64,000 nucleotides of DNA from Candidatus Saccharimonadales bacterium. Its GTDB lineage: Bacteria > Patescibacteriota > Saccharimonadia > Saccharimonadales > DASZAF01. This document shows positions 26,054 through 35,003 of the stretch, piece after piece (the first letter of the stretch is position 1; every line of letters begins with the position of its first letter). Position numbers and translations under genes: made by a program. The DNA lies in NCBI GenBank assembly GCA_035945435.1, contig DASZAF010000028.1, positions 692 to 64,691 of the forward strand. Reading direction: 5' to 3'. The notes beneath the pieces are model-generated. The model searched no databases. It saw nothing but the letters and a program-made list of their open reading frames with translations, and was not told where the DNA came from.

Positions 26054-27199
26054 TCAGCGCTCGTATAGACGCAAGGTCATGTCAACCGTTTCCGGCTCAC
26101 AGCCGTCTTTGCAGTTGAAGAGAACATAATCTTCATTCGGAAAAGCCAGATTCTTCACAGCTACCCTGGGATGAACATAGAGTCCGGTCATCTTGTCGAT
26201 ATAGATACCGGTTCGCTCCTGCGCCTTCAAGGCATGGTAGTAGATAGCCGCCTCGTCTGGATCCTCCACAAAGAGAACCTGCGACTGTAAGTGAGCAGCC
26301 TGCTTGGCGGTAGCCAGGTAGCTGTAGATGTAGCTAAGATGATTGAGTTCGCTTAGGGGCAGCGTGTCGTCTTCGCCGATCAGATCGTACCAGAGGCCAT
26401 TGTACTCTCTAGCTCGGATACAGAGACGTCGTGCCAGTTCCTCGGGCTTTGGGCCAAAGACGTCGAACGTATCGAGCCAGTTGAGCGGAGACTTGGCTAC
26501 AATCCGGACGTTTTTCCGACTCATCTTACCAGTGATGAGAGCTTCCACCAGTCTGCCGCGTTGTCGAACGGCCTCCCTATACTGTTCGAAAATCTCCCGG
26601 GTCATTTTGCCAGCGCAGTAGAGACTGAGACCGTAGATTTCATACTCTGGTACGGGGACATGGACGTGGACAGTTATCTCGGCTTTTTCAAGTTGGCTCG
26701 CTAAATCTTCAACAAACATACTCAGGCGAGCAACGGCTTCTGCCTCGTAGACGTGCTGACGTGTGTCAACTGAGATGGTCTCGATAGGCTCCTTAAGATT
26801 ACGTATAGCGTGGGGATCTGTTAGCGAGTAAGTCCGGCTTTCGGCATGGCCGACGATCGCTTCCGACCCGAACAGACAGCTCCCTGTGATGATGTCCGTT
26901 TGGCGACCCGGCTGCAGAGTAGTTCCTTTTGTCTCACCACAACCGACCAGATACACAGTCCGATCGATAATAAGCTCGTTAAAGACAAGGCCGCTCTGAG
27001 AGTGAACGATAGCCTTCTCGCCTAGACGACAGCGTGGTAACTTTTCGAAGATGGTCGTGAGTTTGTGTCTCAATCTGACCACATCGGGGTCTGTGGCTGG
27101 CGCTTCTTTGATAGTCCCACCAGCAAACATTGCCGAACCTTCTCTCAGCGCCTCATCAAGTGATACGATAGGCACTTCCCTCACCCGATTGTCTGTCAT
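26054..27199 (-). CDS. Hypothetical protein (381 aa), no recognisable domain
   Basis: Long clean ORF 20 nt downstream of the serine-hydrolase gene on the same strand. Soluble with mixed composition and no motif I can place. Confidence 0.65.
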   Translation of the reverse strand: MTDNRVREVPIVSLDEALREGSAMFAGGTIKEAPATDPDVVRLRHKLTTIFEKLPRCRLGEKAIVHSQSGLVFNELIIDRTVYLVGCGETKGTTLQPGRQTDIITGSCLFGSEAIVGHAESRTYSLTDPHAIRNLKEPIETISVDTRQHVYEAEAVARLSMFVEDLASQLEKAEITVHVHVPVPEYEIYGLSLYCAGKMTREIFEQYREAVRQRGRLVEALITGKMSRKNVRIVAKSPLNWLDTFDVFGPKPEELARRLCIRAREYNGLWYDLIGEDDTLPLSELNHLSYIYSYLATAKQAAHLQSQVLFVEDPDEAAIYYHALKAQERTGIYIDKMTGLYVHPRVAVKNLAFPNEDYVLFNCKDGCEPETVDMTLRLYER

Positions 27200-27219
27200 G
27201 GACTCTAGTATACCTTTCT

Positions 27220-28278
27220 CTAGGTCCTGAAGACGATGTCAGCCAAGTCACCACGAAACTGGTTGATCGGGCCCCTGTCGTAGAGACCCCGGCGCTTGGG
27301 GTAGAGGTAGCTGGCCATGACAACGATAGCCTGCTTCTTCTCGGGATCCATAACCACGCTACAGCCAGTAAAGCCGCCCTTGCCGAAGAGCCGATCACGG
27401 AATCTACCCATATACGGCCTGCCAATCTCCCAACCGAGACCAGTTGATTCGCCAAGTTCAGCAACCTGATTGGTGCGTAGCTGGCCGATAATATCTGGGC
27501 TGAGATATCTGTGACCCTCATATTCACCGCCGTTAACCATCATTTGAGCAAAAGTCAGTAAGTCGCCAGCCGTAGAGAAAAGACCGGCCACGCCAGTTGG
27601 CTGTCCGTTTTCTAGAAAGACACGGGCGGCCTCGTCGGTAGATTTTCCTTGCACAAAGCCGTCTTCATCCATCTCGCTCGGGACAATCTCACTTAGCTTG
27701 AACTGCTCGGGAGTGAAGGTTGTTCGTGTCATGCCAAGTGGGCCGAAGAACAGTTCCTCGGCAATTTCGTTCAGACGTTTCTGAAATATCTTTTCTGCCA
27801 CCATCCCTAGCAAGATGGCGGGTGCATTGGTGTACCAGTACTCACCTCCAGGACGGGACTTCAAGCCACTATGCAGTAGCGCGCGCCGAAGCTCCTTTAT
27901 GCCTCTCTCGGCGTAGGTGCTCAGACCCGCCTCTTTTAAGTCGAGAATGGCCGTATAGGTCAATAAATGGTAGATCGTTACTTCGTCACTATACTGGCCG
28001 TCGAAATCCGGTAAAAATTCTCTCACTCTGTCGTTGAAACCAAGGCGTTTCTGGTCGATAAGCCAGAGGATTATCGAGCTTGTTGGGATCGATTTGGTGA
28101 TGGAGGCAACGTCATAGAGCAAATCGGCACGGACTTCGGGCGAGCCCACTTCGTAGGTATTCCTTCCAAAAGCCATGACGTGTTGCTGTCCGTCAGGTAG
28201 GGCGTAACCAATAACCGCATTCGGAGTCACGCGCTCGTGGATAGCCTTCTTAACACGCTCTTCTATCTCATGATCCAT
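27220..28278 (-). CDS. Serine hydrolase, beta-lactamase/transpeptidase-like (class C/esterase family)
   Basis: SxxK motif ASITKS, YxN motif YTN (EYWYTNAP), third motif GKGGFTG. 352 aa with no signal peptide. Confidence 0.85.
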   Translation of the reverse strand: MDHEIEERVKKAIHERVTPNAVIGYALPDGQQHVMAFGRNTYEVGSPEVRADLLYDVASITKSIPTSSIILWLIDQKRLGFNDRVREFLPDFDGQYSDEVTIYHLLTYTAILDLKEAGLSTYAERGIKELRRALLHSGLKSRPGGEYWYTNAPAILLGMVAEKIFQKRLNEIAEELFFGPLGMTRTTFTPEQFKLSEIVPSEMDEDGFVQGKSTDEAARVFLENGQPTGVAGLFSTAGDLLTFAQMMVNGGEYEGHRYLSPDIIGQLRTNQVAELGESTGLGWEIGRPYMGRFRDRLFGKGGFTGCSVVMDPEKKQAIVVMASYLYPKRRGLYDRGPINQFRGDLADIVFRT

Positions 28279-28389
28279 GAGGTAATTGTAGCAGAGAGAT
28301 CATCGCCCCTAACACTGTCCCTCCAGACACCCGATGGCTCTTCTTTCACGCTTATGCTATAACAGTAGGTATTAAATGTGGGAATAAAA

Positions 28390-28719
28390 ATGCAAAAACA
28401 AAATAAAGATACCGAAGCCGGCAATCATCTGGAGATACTCCTGGTAGTCATAGCTTTCTTGGCTATCTTTGGTTTTGCAGGTTGGCGGGTTTACACGGCT
28501 CGACATAAAAACACACCGAGTGCTTCTTCGTCATCGTCTGTGGCCACCAAAACGGCAACTTCGACCAACCCTAACGCTGCGCCCCTTTCGAGCGGTAACA
28601 GCTACTCCGACCTCCAAGGTGATATGTCGAACATATCAAACAGCCTCAACCAGGACAGTACTAACATCAACAACAGTACCGGGGCGGTCAATGATCATCA
28701 ACTAAATGTCAGCGACTAG
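28390..28719 (+). CDS. Small hypothetical membrane-anchored Ser/Asn-rich protein
   Basis: Track ORF starts at GTG 28378. An ATG at 28390 gives MQKQNK... TM helix LEILLVVIAFLAIFGFAGW, followed by a low-complexity tail. Confidence 0.5.
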   Translation: MQKQNKDTEAGNHLEILLVVIAFLAIFGFAGWRVYTARHKNTPSASSSSSVATKTATSTNPNAAPLSSGNSYSDLQGDMSNISNSLNQDSTNINNSTGAVNDHQLNVSD

Positions 28720-28728
28720 GGGTTGGCT

Positions 28729-29718
28729 ATGAGATATATGCTTCACGGACTCAAGGAACTCGCCATCGCTGCCGTCGTAGCCTCCAGTCTCTTGGCGATA
28801 GGACTCTACGTCGGTAGACCAATACACGTCGCTCTCGCCGCCGATACGACCAACTCGTCCTCCCACACGGGCAGGACGAATAGTGGAAGCTCAGGTGCCG
28901 CTACTACGTCCGAGAATATCCCGCCGACCAACAGCCAATCAGTCAACGCCGCAAGCGCTAAGGCGACTGCCGAAGCGGCAGCTCAGGCCGCTCAGCAAGC
29001 CAAACAGGCTGAACAACAGGCGGCCCTACAGGCTAAGCAGGCCGCTCAGACTGCCAAAGAGCAGCAACAACTGACGACTCTTCAATCGAAGGCGAACGAT
29101 GAGATACAGAGACGGCTCGGTAACCTCAACACCCTCTATAATGTCATCTCCCTGGACGTTAAGATGACTAGCTCCGATAAGTCCAGCTTGAATAGTGAGG
29201 TCAACGGCACTATCAGCGGGCTGAAGAGCCTACAGACCACTATCGACCAGGCGACCACCCTTCAAGCAGCCTTAACGGCCGCCCAAGGAATTACCACTGA
29301 ATATCGGGTCTATCTTCTGGTCACACCTCAGATATATATCATCCGGGCGGCAGACGACCAGCAGGTAATAGAAAGTAAGCTGACGACTATCGCCCAGAAG
29401 ATCCAATCGCATATTAGCGGACTGAGTAACGCCGCCAGTTTCGCATCAACCCTCAGTAATATGAATAGCGAGATAAGCGCTGCACAGTCAATCTCAGTAG
29501 CGGTAGATAACGCCGTTATCCCGCTGAACGCTCAGAGCTACGATGCCAACAACTCCGTTCTCGGCGGCTACGTCGGGCAACTTGAGACGGCCCGGGCCGA
29601 TCTGCTGAAAGCACAGTCTGATGCTCTTTCGATTATCAACCAGCTTAAACCATCTGGATCCGGCTCAGGCACAAGTCCGTCCCCTACCCCATCAACCCCC
29701 ACGAATTCCTCTTCGTAA
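28729..29718 (+). CDS. Hypothetical anchored/secreted helical protein with Ala/Gln-rich coiled-coil segment
   Basis: ATG at 28729 preceded by GGGG. Hydrophobic N-terminus LAIAAVVASSLLAIGLYV. Repeat AAQAAQQAKQAEQQAALQAKQAAQTAKEQQQ. Pro/Ser/Thr-rich C-terminal tail. Confidence 0.6.
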   Translation: MRYMLHGLKELAIAAVVASSLLAIGLYVGRPIHVALAADTTNSSSHTGRTNSGSSGAATTSENIPPTNSQSVNAASAKATAEAAAQAAQQAKQAEQQAALQAKQAAQTAKEQQQLTTLQSKANDEIQRRLGNLNTLYNVISLDVKMTSSDKSSLNSEVNGTISGLKSLQTTIDQATTLQAALTAAQGITTEYRVYLLVTPQIYIIRAADDQQVIESKLTTIAQKIQSHISGLSNAASFASTLSNMNSEISAAQSISVAVDNAVIPLNAQSYDANNSVLGGYVGQLETARADLLKAQSDALSIINQLKPSGSGSGTSPSPTPSTPTNSSS

Positions 29719-29719
29719 G

Positions 29720-29893
29720 CTAGTAACCGAGAGCCCTGCCGACCTTAACGCCGACCCAAATGCCGGCGATTGTACCGATTGAACCCCAGACTAGCGAAGC
29801 CATCCCGAAAGCGCTAGCGTGAAAGAACAGAACCGGAATGTAACCAGCTAGTAAACCTACGACGGTCGCCGTGATATAGATTGACCATTTCAC
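29720..29893 (-). CDS. Possible small membrane protein (57 aa), below the ORF-track size cut-off
   Basis: My translation from GTG 29893 reads VKWSIYITATVVGLLAGYIPVLFFHASAFGMASLVWGSIGTIAGIWVGVKVGRALGY*. It has two hydrophobic helices and starts 2 nt after the stop of the upstream lipase-like gene. Confidence 0.35.
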   Translation of the reverse strand: MKWSIYITATVVGLLAGYIPVLFFHASAFGMASLVWGSIGTIAGIWVGVKVGRALGY

Positions 29894-29895
29894 GA

Positions 29896-31320
29896 TCAGC
29901 TGCCACCAACGGTGTTACATGAGGGCGCAGTCGAGACGGTGCCATTATCGATCCCGTTCATCCAGCTAATACTGTTGGTAAAGCTGGAATGCATGATGGT
30001 GTAGTGGTTGTTTTGAGGGTAGAGAGTGAGAGTGACCGGGCCCTTGCTGGCGGCACAGATGCCTGGCAGGGCGTCTTTCGCCTGAGATGCTAAGACGACG
30101 TTGTCCGTCTCTCCTTGCTCGATAAGTTTCGGTGTTGCCGTTGGTTCATCGCCGGTGACGTTCTGGGCCATATCGTCTTGGAGTGAACCGTAGCGACTGC
30201 TGGGCAAGGTGCCGCTTCGTAGATCGCTTATGAATTGCGGCGTATAGACTGCCGCGGGGTTAGTCCCCCAGAATGAGATGGCCGTTCCAACGCAATTGCC
30301 AAGAACGTTGGCGTCTAAGTTCGACGACCACTTTGGCAACAGGATATTGCTGATGTTGTAGTTGGTATGGTAGTAGTCGCTGTAGCTGACGAGAACGTAG
30401 GGTCCGAACCAGTCGAGGGTCGAACCACTCAAGATCCCTTGCAGGGTTTGCTCCACATTAAGAACAGGCGCCCAGACAACAAGCCCAGATATCTTGATGC
30501 TCGGCGCGTAACTCGCAGCCAGCGTGTCGGCCCAGAAAGCCGAGTGTCCACCTTGTGAGTAGCCAGCCAGAAAGACCTGACTTGTGTTGAGATGGCCTAC
30601 TGCCTGTGGCAGTTTCTCAAAGGCTTTGATGCTGTCAAGAACAGCACGTCCTTCAAGCACGCCGACCATATAGTGATGGATGCGAGACGGATCGCGCATG
30701 CCCTCATAGTCAGTGATGACCCCGGCAAAACCCTGTGAGGCATAGGCCATCATGACTGATTCATAGTTCCCCCAGTTGCTGATAGCGACATTTTCCAGAC
30801 TGGCGGCACATTCGTCGCCGATACCTGTCGTGCCCGGTGCCATTCCGAGTATCGGGGCGGCTGTTGAGGTCTGGGGTATATAGGCCCTGGCGTAGACTAC
30901 GATCGGCTTGTTCTGAGTATCCTGGCTGTAGTAGGTAAAGAGGACCTGGGTGACATTATGCGTACTAGCCGGAACGGTTTTACCGTAATCTTGAGAAGCA
31001 AGCGTCGTGACTGTTGAGGCCGGGTATGTCTGGGTGGAGATGATCTGATCGATAGTACCCGGCGTTGGCGGGATGATAGGTTTATTTGTCGTTGGAGACG
31101 TCGTCTTGCGTTTCGTCTGAACCGCTACCGTTTTCGCTGCTTTGGATTCGTGACTGATGTGGTAAATGATGATCCCTGCAGCAAAGATCAGCGCCACAAA
31201 ACCAGCGAGAAAGGCAAAGCGGACCCGCTTCTTATGAAGCTCTTTTTTGGCGTGCGCCCTTTCTTTTGCCGTCTTTCGGCCTCGAGGCGTCGCTGGTTTT
31301 TTGCTCTGGGGCATGATCAT
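29896..31320 (-). CDS. Membrane-anchored alpha/beta hydrolase, secretory-lipase-like
   Basis: Basic N-terminus and TM helix FAFLAGFVALIFAAGIIIY. Thr/Pro linker. Nucleophile elbow GYSQGGHS. About 380-aa catalytic domain. Confidence 0.75.
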   Translation of the reverse strand: MIMPQSKKPATPRGRKTAKERAHAKKELHKKRVRFAFLAGFVALIFAAGIIIYHISHESKAAKTVAVQTKRKTTSPTTNKPIIPPTPGTIDQIISTQTYPASTVTTLASQDYGKTVPASTHNVTQVLFTYYSQDTQNKPIVVYARAYIPQTSTAAPILGMAPGTTGIGDECAASLENVAISNWGNYESVMMAYASQGFAGVITDYEGMRDPSRIHHYMVGVLEGRAVLDSIKAFEKLPQAVGHLNTSQVFLAGYSQGGHSAFWADTLAASYAPSIKISGLVVWAPVLNVEQTLQGILSGSTLDWFGPYVLVSYSDYYHTNYNISNILLPKWSSNLDANVLGNCVGTAISFWGTNPAAVYTPQFISDLRSGTLPSSRYGSLQDDMAQNVTGDEPTATPKLIEQGETDNVVLASQAKDALPGICAASKGPVTLTLYPQNNHYTIMHSSFTNSISWMNGIDNGTVSTAPSCNTVGGS

Positions 31321-31816
31321 GATAATTATATGTCATTTCATGTAATGTCACACCATGTATCTCCTGTGTGCCACTGTACTCAAAGCCTAGTTTTTTATAG
31401 TACTTATCGAAGTTGTAGGTCACTAAGTCAATCTCCGTCGCGCCCAGCTTACGGAGCGTTTCTTTGGCCTGCTCAACCAATTTCACGCCGATCTTGTCGC
31501 CGCGAGCCGTCGGGTCGACGTAGAGCCAATAGATGTAGCCACGCCCGTCAGGCAGCATACCGGCAATTACATAGCCGACCAGTTGCTGTGACTGCTTGGC
31601 CAGATAGATAACCCGCTCTTTGCGCAGATAGGCTGTCAGTAAGTGCCGGTGCCGATTCTGTCTGGCTATCAGGTGGCGGTACTCATACGGAAAGTAATGA
31701 AAGTCTGTCTCTAGAGCATGCAGGAAGAGACGCCTCAACGAAGCAACCTCACTCGGCCGTAACGGCGTAATGACGACATTAAGAGCTTTTTTGCGACGAG
31801 AGCGGAACACGTTCAC
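31232..31816 (-). CDS. GNAT family N-acetyltransferase
   Basis: Acetyl-CoA motif A region LYVDPTARGDKIGVKLVEQAKETLRKLGA. The core ends near ...HEMTYN. A 30-aa basic tail is encoded in the 89 nt that overlap the next gene. Confidence 0.8.
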   Translation of the reverse strand: MNVFRSRRKKALNVVITPLRPSEVASLRRLFLHALETDFHYFPYEYRHLIARQNRHRHLLTAYLRKERVIYLAKQSQQLVGYVIAGMLPDGRGYIYWLYVDPTARGDKIGVKLVEQAKETLRKLGATEIDLVTYNFDKYYKKLGFEYSGTQEIHGVTLHEMTYNYHDHAPEQKTSDASRPKDGKRKGARQKRAS

Positions 31817-31857
31817 GATGAATACTATAATGCCTGCTTGGCAATATCACGTCAAAA

Positions 31858-32436
31858 CTAAATGACGTACTGATGCATCAGTAGTAGCAGGTGATGGTAG
31901 TGGCTGACGCAGTACCAACCGTCGAGCAGGAGCAGGGCTGGAAAGATGATGAATAGTTCGACGAAGTGCCCAGTTGTGATACGAAGGGCTTTTTCTGGGG
32001 GAAGACCGAACTTAGTTGTTATCGGTAGTAACCACGGTACTCCTTCTTTAGTAAAGGAGTCCATGATAAGATGCGACACCATGCCGATCATGAATGCCCA
32101 CCAGACAATCATGGTGTCGACGCTGTGCATGATAGGGCTTAAGAATTTGAGTAGCGTGAAGGCCAGAAATCCGAACAGAGCCAAGCCAAGAATCGAGTGG
32201 GTTAGAAACCGGTGACCGCCCATCAGTGCGTCAGTAAACTTCCCGAGTGGGTGCCCAATAGGCAGGTTCTTCCAAAGAGGTGCTGTCGGCTGATCAATAT
32301 CAGGCGTTATCCCGCCAATCTGATTCGCAAAGACAGCCACTAGAACAGTCGAGAGAGTGATCGTATGCGGATGCAGGGCAAAGGCGACTGCACCGAGAGC
32401 AGTAATCGCTGCCAGATCATGCGTCCGACCCGTCAT
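31858..32436 (-). CDS. Membrane-bound metal-dependent hydrolase, YdjM/DUF457 family
   Basis: 192 aa polytopic protein. N-terminal GRTHD and central HRFLTHS histidine motifs are typical of the family. Confidence 0.7.
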   Translation of the reverse strand: MTGRTHDLAAITALGAVAFALHPHTITLSTVLVAVFANQIGGITPDIDQPTAPLWKNLPIGHPLGKFTDALMGGHRFLTHSILGLALFGFLAFTLLKFLSPIMHSVDTMIVWWAFMIGMVSHLIMDSFTKEGVPWLLPITTKFGLPPEKALRITTGHFVELFIIFPALLLLDGWYCVSHYHHLLLLMHQYVI

Positions 32437-32870
32437 TACTGGGTGCCAGGGTGCTGAGCCTGGTAGGTGTCGATAGCTTGGACAACCTTACCAGTGCTCT
32501 TGAGGTTCTCCCAGAACAGGACTTGGTCGCGAGCGATGTACATGGCGTCTTCAGGTGCGTGAAGTTCGTTACCTAGCTTGGTAAGTGAGATCTTAGAATT
32601 GCTGCTGGTACCACCCTGCGGCTGGACGCTCTGCTGGACCTGTAGATAGTAGATGTCGGTCATCTTGACGTAGGTGTTATTAGTGTCAGTCAGCTTGCCA
32701 AAGTAAACCTGACCGTTCGTCAAGAAGATGGCTTGAAACTCTCCAGTGTTGATACCGGATGCCGGGTTAGCATTCTTCCACCACATAAAACCTGCGACCA
32801 GGACGACAACCACGATAACAACAGCAACGACGAGCTGAGTAGTATTCTTTTTAGCAGACGCTCTCTCCAT
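32436..32870 (-). CDS. Hypothetical N-terminally anchored protein
   Basis: 144 aa. TM helix LVVAVVIVVVVLVAGFMWW. 1-nt overlap with the downstream YdjM-like gene. Confidence 0.6.
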   Translation of the reverse strand: MERASAKKNTTQLVVAVVIVVVVLVAGFMWWKNANPASGINTGEFQAIFLTNGQVYFGKLTDTNNTYVKMTDIYYLQVQQSVQPQGGTSSNSKISLTKLGNELHAPEDAMYIARDQVLFWENLKSTGKVVQAIDTYQAQHPGTQ

Positions 32871-33027
32871 ATACCCCGTACCTCTCTGTGAGACTTAACT
32901 TACCAATAAAGTGTAGTAGAAGTGGGTCGATAGCACAAGCACGCAGACTGTGCGGATTGCCACATTTTAACAGTTATAACTACGTTATAATCATAGACAT
33001 TATAAACGGTGGGCCACGAGTAGAGGG

Positions 33028-33882
33028 ATGACGCTGGTATCAGTTAGAGTTCGGCTAAGGACCTGGTGCGCACTGGTCCCTGTTTCTGCGTACCTGCTTA
33101 TGGTTGCCCTTGCTCCGGCCTGCGAGGCGATAGTGTATGCCCAAAATGCCGCTATTTCCCAAGGCTACCAAACTAGTGATACGAATGTAGTTCCCGATGC
33201 ACTTGTCAGCCTGACCAGCCAGGATACAGTTGGTCTGACAACCATCAACAACGTCGAAGAGATGGTCGGGGTGGTTGGCAATAAACCATTAGTAGAGCTC
33301 TCTAACTCGACTTCCTCGTCTCAGGTCCAGGTAGTCACCGACGGAACTGCTCCGACCCTTGTCAGCGATATCAATGGGCCAATCAAGACAGGTGATAAGA
33401 TTACCGCCTCACCCATAGACGGCGTAGGTATGAGGGCTTCGACAGACGGGCAGATCGTCGGTACTGCCCAGGCCAACCTAATGAGTGCCTCTCTCCACAG
33501 CGAAACGGTCAAGGACACTGCCGGTCGTGCTGAGACCGTCCATGTGGGAGTCATACCGGTCCAGATTGCCGTCGCCTACTTCACCGTGCCACAACCACTC
33601 AAAAAGGCCATTCTACCCATAGAGCTCCAGAACCTGGCAGATGGTCTTGTCGGTAAGAGCGTGTCAGCCACCAGAGCCCTACTTGCATTCATCGTTCTCG
33701 GCCTCGGGTTCATCAGCGTCGGCTTGCTGATCTACGCCTCGATACGCTCAAGTATCATTTCGATCGGCCGTAATCCGCTTTCGCATGGTGCTATTAATCA
33801 CAGCCTCGTTGAGATTGGTAGCATCGCGCTCGGTATTTTACTAGTTATGGTTATTACGATATATTTAATCCTGACAACCTAG
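33028..33882 (+). CDS. Hypothetical secreted-domain protein with C-terminal two-helix hairpin; first gene of the ATP synthase operon
   Basis: Signal-like N-terminus, a soluble domain of about 190 aa, then LLAFIVLGLGFISVGLLIYASIRSSIISIGRNPLSHGAINHSLVEIGSIALGILLVMVITIYLIL. Its stop codon directly abuts the atpF GTG. Confidence 0.7.
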   Translation: MTLVSVRVRLRTWCALVPVSAYLLMVALAPACEAIVYAQNAAISQGYQTSDTNVVPDALVSLTSQDTVGLTTINNVEEMVGVVGNKPLVELSNSTSSSQVQVVTDGTAPTLVSDINGPIKTGDKITASPIDGVGMRASTDGQIVGTAQANLMSASLHSETVKDTAGRAETVHVGVIPVQIAVAYFTVPQPLKKAILPIELQNLADGLVGKSVSATRALLAFIVLGLGFISVGLLIYASIRSSIISIGRNPLSHGAINHSLVEIGSIALGILLVMVITIYLILTT

Positions 33883-34515
33883 GTGGGCAGCGTGGACACA
33901 ACACAAATCATACTTATCGCAGGAATTCTGGTCATGGCTGGCACCAATACCGTCAGTCTTATCTGGGGTTTCTACGCCAATGAGAAGGCGCACGGTAAGC
34001 CGACACCGAAGGTATATAACGTTAACGTCGACGGCGCCAAGGTCTTTCCCGAACTGGACATGGCTAAGGTTGAAGAGGCGGCCCGTCAACAGCTGCTGCA
34101 GGTCATCGGCGAATCTTCGTCTTCCCTGCAAAGCTCAGTCAGCAAAACGGTAACCAACCTAAGCAGCCGGATTAACGAAGTTGCCGAAAAGTCACTCGAA
34201 GAAGAGACTCAGAAATATCAAGTCAGCCTTCAAGGGCTGCGTGAGTCAAGCATCGCAGAGTTTAATAAACTACAGGCGGAGATCAACGCCCAGAGAAGCA
34301 AGCTGCTAGAGGAGCTGACTCGCGAAGTCAGTGAAGCCCAAAAGAAGCAGTCGGAGGCCTTCGCCAAAGAACTCGATGCCCGGCTCAACGACGTGGTATC
34401 CAGTTACCTGACTGAGACGCTCGGCAACAACGTCGACCTTGGCGCTCAGACTACGTATATCTTCGACGCTCTCGAAGCTCACAAGGACCAGATCAAACAG
34501 GACCTTCAGTTGTGA
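33883..34515 (+). CDS. atpF: F-type ATP synthase subunit b-like (peripheral stalk)
   Basis: One N-terminal TM helix (IILIAGILVMAGTNTVSLIWGF), then a long charged coiled coil. Its position immediately before the delta subunit supports the call. GTG start. Confidence 0.65.
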   Translation: MGSVDTTQIILIAGILVMAGTNTVSLIWGFYANEKAHGKPTPKVYNVNVDGAKVFPELDMAKVEEAARQQLLQVIGESSSSLQSSVSKTVTNLSSRINEVAEKSLEEETQKYQVSLQGLRESSIAEFNKLQAEINAQRSKLLEELTREVSEAQKKQSEAFAKELDARLNDVVSSYLTETLGNNVDLGAQTTYIFDALEAHKDQIKQDLQL

Positions 34516-35003
34516 ACGTCAGGCTGCCAGTCGAACTCTACTCTCCCGATCAACTCGGGATTATTATGCTTGAGCTGAGAACGACGATCGACACCCAGCG
34601 TGATGCGGCCGTTAAAGCAAAGGTGACCAATCAGGCAGCGACTGGACCGAAGCCGCACCTTTCAGGATTGCTAACCAATACTCTCATCGAGAGCAAGATA
34701 GAAACCACAGACATGGCCTCTTTAGAAGAGATGGCCACACAGCTCCGTACCATTAGGGATAAGGCGCCCGTTGCCCATATCATCCTGACTGCCAGCCCGA
34801 CACCCGCTCTTAAAGCACAGCTCGTCAGATGGTTTAGGACCCAAATAAACCCGTATACCCTTCTGAGTTTTGCGACTCGAGAAGACATCGGTGGTGGTCT
34901 AATTCTACGAGCCGGCTCACATATCTACGATCTCTCATTTCGCACACAGTTAAAGACAAATAAGACCAGAATCGCTGAGATATATCACGGTGTACAACGA
35001 TAA
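34512..35003 (+). CDS. atpH: F-type ATP synthase subunit delta (OSCP)
   Basis: 163 aa. C-terminal ...REDIGGGLILRAGSHIYDLSFRTQLK matches the delta/OSCP signature. 4-nt overlap with atpF. Confidence 0.75.
   Translation: MNVRLPVELYSPDQLGIIMLELRTTIDTQRDAAVKAKVTNQAATGPKPHLSGLLTNTLIESKIETTDMASLEEMATQLRTIRDKAPVAHIILTASPTPALKAQLVRWFRTQINPYTLLSFATREDIGGGLILRAGSHIYDLSFRTQLKTNKTRIAEIYHGVQR

Noticed and set aside
32871-33027. Promoter for the ATP synthase operon (TTGCCA ... TATAAT around 32960-33000)
   Set aside because: The hexamers are present, but the spacing is 23 nt, or 12 nt to the alternative TATAAC. Neither fits a sigma-70 promoter well enough to report as a feature.
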